NCBI GenBank assembly: GCA_965216755.1
Contig: CBDCGL010000011.1
Span: 4,179,482-4,243,481 of the forward strand
Length of the DNA stretch: 64,000 bases
Direction of reading: 5' to 3'
Source of the DNA: Alphaproteobacteria bacterium
GTDB lineage: Bacteria > Pseudomonadota > Alphaproteobacteria > UBA7887
The notes below the pieces were generated by a model, which saw only the letters and a list, made by a program, of their open reading frames with translations, did not search any database and was not told where the DNA came from. A program made the position numbers and the translations under genes. This document shows positions 57,515-64,000 of this stretch, one piece after another; the first letter of the stretch is position 1, and the number at the start of each line of letters is the position of its first letter.

Positions 57515-58537
57515 CTAGTCGTTTAAGTCATAGGTCAAGCCGAAGCCGGCGTTGAGGCTGAACGGCAGCATGTTCTTGATGTACTGCTCGATCCACAGAT
57601 TCGCCTCGGCGATGCCGGACGGCGGAACCACAACGATATCTTGCGGTATCAACTGAAAACTGGCGCCGTTCGGCGTGCCGCCGTCCGGCGACTTGCGCAA
57701 ATTGAAACGCCAGTGGCTGTGCGTGCCGTCGTTGTTGAAACGTATTACCCGTACATCGCGGGGCGACGCCGTTGGCAAATAGCCCCCGGCGGCAGCGATG
57801 GCCATAAACGGATTGAAGGGGCGCGTATATTCGACGCCAATCGGGTTGACCACTTCGCCAACCACGTAGACCAGAGGAATGGCGCGCTCGGTGAGATTGA
57901 CTGTCGCCTCGACCCGGCCGCCAAATTCACGTTCATAGGCGCTTCGCACGTCGGTCTGAACGTCGACGAGCGCCCTGTTGGCCATAATCGGGTCGATATA
58001 GGGCAGGGACAACATGCCCGAATCGGAGACCACAACGCTAAGCGGCAAATTGCCAAATCCCGAATCCAAGCCCATCAAACGCTCAAGCCGGCGATCGCCC
58101 TGTTCCACGACAACTGCGACCTGTGACGTGCGAATCCCCCGGCTCCGGTAGGCGCTGGCCAGGTCTCGGCCAAGCGCATCGACCGATTTGCCGGCCGCCC
58201 GCACGCTGCCGACAACCGGCAGTGATATGTGCCCGTCTGGCAGGACAACGATGCCCGTGGTAGTCAGATTGTCGTGCTCCGCGACGCTGACCGCGAGCAC
58301 GTCATATACGTTGATGAGATAGCGCTGAGTCTCGACCTCGGTGTTGCGGTAATAGCGCACTTCCAGCCGGTCGCCGGGTCTGAGATTAAGCGACTGTGCG
58401 GCAGCATCATTGGCCGCCATGGCTGATTCCGGAGAGCTCGCCGCGCCGCGTGGCGCCGGCGGATAAGCCTTAGTGGCGCAAGCCCCTAATAGCAAGGCTG
58501 AACATAAGGCTATCGCCTTGATTGTAAAGGAATGCAT
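57515..58537 (-). CDS. Polysaccharide export outer-membrane lipoprotein (Wza/GumB/EpsE-like, Poly_export + SLBB).
   Basis: The lipobox is LLLGAC. The polysaccharide export signature PGDRLEVRYY and SLBB-like repeats are present. Confidence 0.75.
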   Translation of the reverse strand: MHSFTIKAIALCSALLLGACATKAYPPAPRGAASSPESAMAANDAAAQSLNLRPGDRLEVRYYRNTEVETQRYLINVYDVLAVSVAEHDNLTTTGIVVLPDGHISLPVVGSVRAAGKSVDALGRDLASAYRSRGIRTSQVAVVVEQGDRRLERLMGLDSGFGNLPLSVVVSDSGMLSLPYIDPIMANRALVDVQTDVRSAYEREFGGRVEATVNLTERAIPLVYVVGEVVNPIGVEYTRPFNPFMAIAAAGGYLPTASPRDVRVIRFNNDGTHSHWRFNLRKSPDGGTPNGASFQLIPQDIVVVPPSGIAEANLWIEQYIKNMLPFSLNAGFGLTYDLND

Positions 58538-59329
58538 GGATACTCCGTCCGTTCCGACTACGTAACTGCGTCAAATTCCGGCAGACTCGCCGCAACGGCA
58601 ACACCGTTGACGAAAGCACTTTGCGCTAACCGGAAACATGGTCCCCAAGAAAGAACGATACCGTGAAGGGTGAGTGTAGGCACGCAACGCGCCCGCGGCC
58701 AAGCCCTGTCGCGTTCTTTGCACGCGATGCTAGGGTGTGACGCGAATGCCGCAGCCAATATAGACGGAAATTCCCGCATACCTTCCCTGTTCGCCGTAAG
58801 TGGCCAACCTACCCCTCTTTTGTATCAACGGCGCCGTCCGATCGCTTGCAGCGATTCCCTAGACAATCACCGTGTCCAGCCTTGTTTCGGCTAGATCACA
58901 GATAACTTAACATTAACAAGCTTTTGTGTCACCCTTGTCCAATGTCGCCGGGTCCTTATCAAGGGTTCGTCGATGCCGCGCACCGGATCCCGGTACGGAC
59001 AATTGGTGAATCGCAGGATTAGCTATGGTGCCGATGACGACATCGCGCGCATGCCGGCTGTCGGTTCAACTGTGCCATTCGCGCCGCACTCTGCGCCGTC
59101 TCCTCCCATCCTCGCCGATCATTTTGTCACGCAATTATCACAACACGAGCGACGCAAGCAGGCGAATCATTTTGTTAGACGCGGGTAGCGATTCGAAACA
59201 CAGTCGCTCATGAGGGGCGACACGAGCAGCGGGCGCGAAAGACCGAAAGGGGTAGGCCGGTCGCGAATGCCCATAGGCGGTGTTTAGGTCGTGGCAAGCG
59301 TGATTGCTGGTTGATTTGAGAGAAATCCT

Positions 59330-59458
59330 GTGACTTTCGAAATTCCTGGCCGCTTGTGCAGCGAGCAAGTGAAAGCGTCCACGACGATTGTTCTGATGGT
59401 CGTGGCAAGCGCTGCGATTTGGTCGGCCCTGGTCGTGATTGGCGCGATCATTTTCTAA
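59330..59458 (+). CDS. Candidate 42-aa single-TM peptide.
   Basis: A GTG at 59330 sits 6 nt after GAGAGA. A hydrophobic helix reads TTIVLMVVASAAIWSALVVIGAIIF. It lies in a 1.1-kb gene-free leader upstream of the wza operon. Confidence 0.2.
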   Translation: MTFEIPGRLCSEQVKASTTIVLMVVASAAIWSALVVIGAIIF

Positions 59459-59642
59459 CGCAATTGCCGACGTTGAAACGTACCGCTTGAGAGTCTGTTC
59501 GCCGAAGCGAAGCAGTCATTTATCCGGCTTCGCGAACGAGCTTGCGTGGGCGCGGCGCGTCTGAAGATCGCGATCCGGCAGCCGTGTAGAATGCGCCAAA
59601 GAGCGGGCGCACAATGTCGGCGCACAGTCTACCGCAAATCGT

Positions 59643-61178
59643 TTAGCCGTTCGGCGGATTTCGGTCACCGTCACTGGGTGCGCTCTTGTGCGTGGCGAGC
59701 CAAGTGCGGGCTTGGCTTTGGGCACTGTCGCGCTGGGCGGCCGACAACAGCGGTGCGCTCTTGGCGATATTCCGAGTGGCGCGGTTGCGCACCGCGCTGA
59801 GGTCGTCAGCCAGCGCGGCGGCGATATGCCACCATTTGTTCGCGCGCACGGTGTCTTGTGCGACGCCATGGCCCTTCAAGTACAAGACGCCAAGATTATG
59901 CTGCGATTCGACATGACCTTGCTCGGCGGCACGACGATACAGTCGGGCAGCGGCCCGATAGTCTTGGCCAACGCCTTGACCAAGATAGTAGAGTGTGGCG
60001 AGCGCGTGCTCGGCCTGCGGAAGGCCCACGTTCGCGGCGCGTTGGAACCATTGCGCGGCGACACTTGGATCGGCTGGAACACCCTGGCCATTTTCATAGA
60101 GCCCGCCGAGATTGTATTGGGCGATAGCCGATCCTTGTTCGGCGGCTTGGCGATACCAAAACGCCGCCGCGGCGAGGTCCCGGTCGACGCCATGTCCCAA
60201 CGCATGCATGACGCCGAGAAAGTTTTGCGCGGTCGGATCACCGTCCTGCGCGAGCAACTCAAAAGCGCGGATCGCGCGGCCATGGTCTTGGGAATGATAG
60301 GCCGCGAAAGCATCGTCAAGGCCCTTGTCCCGGTCCTCTTTGCCCTTTGCGCCCCGGCCCGGCCCAGGTCCAGCGACCGCTGCCCCAGTCGCAGGCAAAG
60401 GCGACGAAGACGTCGTAGCGCCGTGCGTTGCCGTGACGGCGACGGCGTTGTCCGGTAAAGCCAGCACGCACGCGGCGCCGCGCGTCTTGAGTTGTGCGCA
60501 AATATGGCGTGCGCGCCGCTCATCGAGCGGCCCGGCGCGAACCCTGTGAATCTGGAAATTATTCGAGATCCCGTCACGCACGAATGTCTCGATTCCGGCG
60601 AACAGGTCGGCGTGCTTTTCCACCAATCCGCGTCGCAGATTTTCTGCTGGCGCGCGACCTGATCTGAATGCGCCCAATTGGATTTCGTAGCGCGGTGCCG
60701 CACGCGGCTGCGGCGGCGGTTCTTTCAGGCTTGGTCGTTCGGCCGGGACAGAACTGGACCGGGCAATCGTCGGCATTTGCCGGGCGTGCTGTGGCAAATT
60801 TCCTGGCGTCGGGATCGCGGGCGGCGCGGCGATCGAGTTCTTGCGGATACGCGTCCGTTGGAGCAAGTCAAGGACGTTGCGATGGCCCCACACGGCGGCC
60901 ATCGTGGCAGGTGTCTCACCAAATTGGTTGGTCGCTTCGACTTCGGCGCCATGGGCAATCAAGATGCCGACAATTTCGGTAAAGCCACTGGACGCTGCGA
61001 CGTGCAAGGGCGTGTTGCCGTCGTGGCTCCGTGAGTCGACCGGGAGCCCAGCGCTGATAAGTTCGCGCACCCGGTCGGCATCGCCGGCGCGGGCGGCATC
61101 ATGCAACGGGCCGGCTCGCGCCGCCGAAATCGTCAGTATGATTACCCACAGAAAGATGCCGTACCGAATCATTCGCAC
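59643..61178 (-). CDS. Secreted multi-domain protein with ankyrin repeats, a SPOR (peptidoglycan-binding) domain and Sel1 repeats.
   Basis: It has a signal peptide and ankyrin repeats (GNTPLHVAASSGFTEIVGILIAHGAEV). The SPOR-like region begins YEIQLGAFRSGRAPAENL, and at least four Sel1 repeats follow. Confidence 0.65.
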   Translation of the reverse strand: MRMIRYGIFLWVIILTISAARAGPLHDAARAGDADRVRELISAGLPVDSRSHDGNTPLHVAASSGFTEIVGILIAHGAEVEATNQFGETPATMAAVWGHRNVLDLLQRTRIRKNSIAAPPAIPTPGNLPQHARQMPTIARSSSVPAERPSLKEPPPQPRAAPRYEIQLGAFRSGRAPAENLRRGLVEKHADLFAGIETFVRDGISNNFQIHRVRAGPLDERRARHICAQLKTRGAACVLALPDNAVAVTATHGATTSSSPLPATGAAVAGPGPGRGAKGKEDRDKGLDDAFAAYHSQDHGRAIRAFELLAQDGDPTAQNFLGVMHALGHGVDRDLAAAAFWYRQAAEQGSAIAQYNLGGLYENGQGVPADPSVAAQWFQRAANVGLPQAEHALATLYYLGQGVGQDYRAAARLYRRAAEQGHVESQHNLGVLYLKGHGVAQDTVRANKWWHIAAALADDLSAVRNRATRNIAKSAPLLSAAQRDSAQSQARTWLATHKSAPSDGDRNPPNG

Positions 61179-61369
61179 TGTTGCTTCAGGGCGCCCGGCG
61201 CACTTTGTGGCGGATTGCTGTCCTTGGCAAGCGCAACCATTTGCACACGCAGCAAATAGTTCTTGGTGCTGTCATCAGCCGAATCGGTGGTGGCGGTCGG
61301 GACGTAATGCCATGCGTCCGAAGTCATTGCGACTTTGTCGGATTATTGGTAAGAAAAACCTGCAAAAAA

Positions 61370-61405
61370 AAGCCGCGCCACGAAGGTGCGGCGCGGCCCG
61401 AGGGA
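61370..61405 (-). terminator. Terminator-like hairpin with a T-run, read on the minus strand, with no obvious CDS upstream of it.
   Basis: The stem GCCGCGCC pairs with GGCGCGGC. On the minus strand it is followed by TTTTTTTT. Confidence 0.4.
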
Positions 61406-61646
61406 GGGAGGAAAAGCCCGATTGGGCAAGCATGCTACTAACGAAATAAATATCGACGATATACTGATTAATACAAGCTCCAGTCTTTCGGTCTGGGGCT
61501 TTTCTGTATCAGTGTCGTATTTTCGCAACAGCAAAAGTCGTTATTCTCAGTATCTTACAAATTCTCAAATTGATCTTTCAAGTTCTGACAGAATTGGTTT
61601 GTCAAGCATTATCCAACGTGTACAAGTTCATTTTTGCGAGATCGAT

Positions 61647-62045
61647 ATGGTCAAAAATGACACGGAAAGCGGCGCATTTGTCGCGCATATCGTGGAGCTA
61701 CTGTCGGTGGTCGGCAATGTCCGCGCCAAGCGGATGTTTGGCGGCCATGGCATTTTTCTCGATGACATGATGTTTGCACTAATTGCCGACGATGTTTTAT
61801 ATCTAAAAGCGAACGGACAAACGGCGGCGGCATTTGAATCGGCGGGGGCCGAGCCCTTTGTTTATACGGGCAAAGGTAAGCCAGTCACCATGTCCTATTG
61901 GAGCGCACCGGACGGCACGCTGGACAACGCGGTCGATATTGAGCCTTGGGCGCAGCTGGCCGTGGCGGCGGCGCGGGCGGCGAAAGCGGCCAAGCCAAAT
62001 AAGGCGTCGAAACCAAAATCGAAACGAAAATCGGCGAAACCGTAG
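61647..62045 (+). CDS. TfoX/Sxy N-terminal-domain protein.
   Basis: The N-terminal pattern reads VRAKRMFGGHGIFLDDMMFALIADDVLYLK. A Lys/Ala-rich basic tail follows. Confidence 0.6.
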   Translation: MVKNDTESGAFVAHIVELLSVVGNVRAKRMFGGHGIFLDDMMFALIADDVLYLKANGQTAAAFESAGAEPFVYTGKGKPVTMSYWSAPDGTLDNAVDIEPWAQLAVAAARAAKAAKPNKASKPKSKRKSAKP

Positions 62046-62064
62046 CTCTGGGCTGCGCCGTTCG

Positions 62065-63645
62065 TCATGTTACAAGAGCCGCCAGAGTCTGGGTATGATC
62101 GGCTTGGTCCGCGGGTTTGTCCCACCGGATTCGGTGAATGCGGGGGAAACGCAGCGCCAGGCCGGACTTGTGCCGTTTCGATTGGTGAACCGAATCAAAC
62201 GCGACCTCCAGAACAAGTTCGGCCGTAACGGCGCGGACCGGGCCAAATCTCTCGACTGTGTGCTGACGCACCCATTTATCCAATTGGCGTAGTTCTTCGT
62301 CAGTGAAGCCGAAATAAGCTTTGCCGACCGGCACCAGTTCCTTGCCGCCGTCTGCGGCCGTCCGCCAGCAACCAAACGTGTAGTCCGAATAGAATGATGA
62401 TCGTTTGCCATGGCCGCGTTGGGCGTACATCAACACGCAATCAGCGGTGAGCGCATCGCGCTTCCATTTAAACCACGGACCTTTCGGGCGTCCCGTCACG
62501 TACGGGCTCTGGCGGTGTTTCAGCATCAAGCCCTCGATGCCGTTGACCCGTGTCTCTGCGCGCAATCCGGCCAACGCATGCCAGTTGTCAAAGGGAACCA
62601 ATGGCGAAATATCCATTCGCGACGGTTGCATTTGGGCATACCACTGTTCCAGTTGCGCGCGCCGTTGTTCAAATGACTGGCCGCGCAGGTCTGCATCACC
62701 CCAAAACAGTATGTCGTAGAGTCGCACATGGGCGGGCAATTCATCGCGCATGCGCGCCGACACGCGCTTGCGGCCAAGCCGTTGTTGGAGATCGTTGAAC
62801 GGTGCAGGGGTGCCGTCATGGGCGACCAGAAGTTCGCCGTCCAGAACGGCATCGAAACACAGCACTTCGACAATATCGGGGAACGCGTTGCTGATATCGT
62901 CGCCCGCCCGCGAAAAGACGCGCGCGGCGTCGGCCCGCCCCACCAGCTGTACGCGGATGCCGTCCCACTTCCACTCGGCCAGATAGTCGGCGGGATCAAG
63001 ATTGGCGAGATCTTTTTCAGCCAATGGATTGGCCAACATCAACGGCCGAAACACCGCGTGATCTGCGATGTCGGGCCGGCCGCCGCGCCCCTCCAGCCAG
63101 GCAAACAGTGGCGTGTAGGGGGGCGCCAGGCCGTGCCAAATTTCTTCGATGTCGGCAACCGGCTTATTGCCAAACATGGCCAGGCTGGTCTTGGCCAGGC
63201 GTGAGGAAATGCCGACGCGCAAGCCGCCGGTCATCAGTTTCAACAAGGCAAATCGGCCACTTGCGTCAAGCTCATCGAGCCAGCCTTCAATGAGAGCCGC
63301 GACCTCGGTTCGTTTGGCGCCCTGCAAGGCCTCAACCACGGTCGCCAAGCTGGGTGGATTTCGCGTTGTCGCGCCAGGTGGCCATATCAATGCGGCTGTT
63401 TCCGCCAAGTCTCCGACGAAATCGTAAGACAGCGCAAATAGCTCGGCCGCAACGCGGGTACTGACAAGCTCTCGGATGACGCGTGGCGTCGCATGGCCCA
63501 ATCTCAGCTCGCGGGTCAAAATCGCCAGTCCATAGCCACGGTCCGGGTCGGGTGTGTCCGCGAAATACCTCCTGAGCAAGCCGAGTTTGGCGTTGCGTCC
63601 CGGCGTAAAAACCAAGCGTTCCAGCAATGCGGCGAATGGCTTCAT
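62065..63645 (-). CDS. ATP-dependent DNA ligase of the ligase-associated DNA-damage-response (Lig/cisplatin-damage-response) type.
   Basis: It shows adenylation motif I (KWDGIR), motif III/IV patterns, and an OB domain within 526 aa. Confidence 0.75.
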   Translation of the reverse strand: MKPFAALLERLVFTPGRNAKLGLLRRYFADTPDPDRGYGLAILTRELRLGHATPRVIRELVSTRVAAELFALSYDFVGDLAETAALIWPPGATTRNPPSLATVVEALQGAKRTEVAALIEGWLDELDASGRFALLKLMTGGLRVGISSRLAKTSLAMFGNKPVADIEEIWHGLAPPYTPLFAWLEGRGGRPDIADHAVFRPLMLANPLAEKDLANLDPADYLAEWKWDGIRVQLVGRADAARVFSRAGDDISNAFPDIVEVLCFDAVLDGELLVAHDGTPAPFNDLQQRLGRKRVSARMRDELPAHVRLYDILFWGDADLRGQSFEQRRAQLEQWYAQMQPSRMDISPLVPFDNWHALAGLRAETRVNGIEGLMLKHRQSPYVTGRPKGPWFKWKRDALTADCVLMYAQRGHGKRSSFYSDYTFGCWRTAADGGKELVPVGKAYFGFTDEELRQLDKWVRQHTVERFGPVRAVTAELVLEVAFDSVHQSKRHKSGLALRFPRIHRIRWDKPADQADHTQTLAALVT

Positions 63646-64000
63646 GCGCTGTCTTCGTCAAAGCCAATCAGCGACAGCGCTTCCGCATCGAGACCACGGG
63701 ATCGCGCGTGAAAGACCAGCGCATCCTCACGGCCATGGGTGACCCAAACACGTGGCGCGGCAACATCGTCGAGCGTCGCGGTCAATTCATCCCAATCGGC
63801 ATGATCTGAGATCACCATCGGCAATTCGACGCCGCGTTGGCGGGCGCGTTGGCGGACACGCAACCAACCAGATGCGGCGGCGATGACCGGATCGGGCAAG
63901 TCGCGCGCCCAGCGATCCGCGGTCGCCGACGGTGGGCTCAGCACGATCGCACCGGCCAGATCGTGCTTGTTGGCGGCGGTGACGGGCTTCAAAGCGCCCA
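63642..64000 (-). CDS. C-terminal part of a ligase-associated DNA-damage-response exonuclease (MBL/beta-CASP-like). The N-terminus lies beyond the window.
   Basis: It overlaps the ligase start by 4 nt. The C-terminal pattern reads VISDHADWDEL...VWVTHGRED, and the ORF runs off the window edge. Confidence 0.5.
   Translation of the reverse strand, partial: GALKPVTAANKHDLAGAIVLSPPSATADRWARDLPDPVIAAASGWLRVRQRARQRGVELPMVISDHADWDELTATLDDVAAPRVWVTHGREDALVFHARSRGLDAEALSLIGFDEDSA

Overview
High-GC (~63-65%) bacterial chromosomal segment, probably proteobacterial, densely packed with genes; no mobile elements, rRNA or tRNA were found. Nothing here comes from a database search; all calls rest on reading the translated ORFs and the raw sequence.

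What is in the window, in order:
- 1-1106 (-): a membrane sensor histidine kinase, truncated at the window edge.
- 1.4-9.4 kb: small metabolic genes (Asp/Glu-racemase-family, NTF2-like, SDR, APC permease), an exosortase/PEP-CTERM-associated N-acyl amino acid synthase-like acyltransferase, and an FAD-linked (VAO/PCMH-type) oxidase.
- 9.8-12.3 kb: a membrane GGDEF-EAL c-di-GMP protein.
- 13.7-18.1 kb: a PAP2 membrane protein followed by a YjgR/DUF853-like HerA-type ATPase translationally coupled to a DsbA-like thioredoxin-fold protein.
- 20.9-22.9 kb: a fused 2-oxoacid dehydrogenase E1 alpha/beta.
- 22.9-26.8 kb (-): a TctCBA tripartite tricarboxylate transporter operon, coupled to a sugar-phosphate isomerase.
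- 28.1-33.8 kb (-): a tight five-gene operon (DapA-like, Gfo/Idh/MocA, DUF993, enolase-superfamily, xylose-isomerase-like TIM barrel).
- 34.7-36.8 kb (-): two tandem paralogous NAD-dependent epimerase-like genes with a GNAT.
- 37.1-47.6 kb: a quinoprotein island. It holds a PQQ alcohol dehydrogenase with the lanthanide-type D-Y-D motif (XoxF/ExaF-like), c-type cytochromes, Sel1 proteins, an ExbB/ExbD-like proton-channel pair, an MBL-fold hydrolase and a SoxYZ-like carrier.
- 47.8-51.6 kb (-): a TetR-RND(MMPL)-LolA-like operon.
- 52.0-58.5 kb (-): an exopolysaccharide export locus (Wzz-like co-polymerase, an HNH nuclease domain fused to a degenerate BY-kinase domain, GalE, FemAB-like acyltransferase, Wza-like lipoprotein).
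- 59.6-64.0 kb: an ankyrin-SPOR-Sel1 protein, a TfoX-N protein and a ligase-associated DNA-damage-response pair (ATP-dependent ligase plus the partial exonuclease).

Most unusual items:
- The HNH-pseudokinase fusion inside the EPS locus.
- A 5.8-copy 49-bp palindromic tandem repeat array between the Wzz-like gene and tetR.
- The DUF853 ATPase + DsbA-like operon.
- An 82-bp AT-rich inverted-repeat element after the PQQ dehydrogenase.
- The ExbB/ExbD-like + membrane-protein + SBP set embedded among cytochromes.
- Several AT-rich islands, including one inside the GGDEF-EAL coding sequence.
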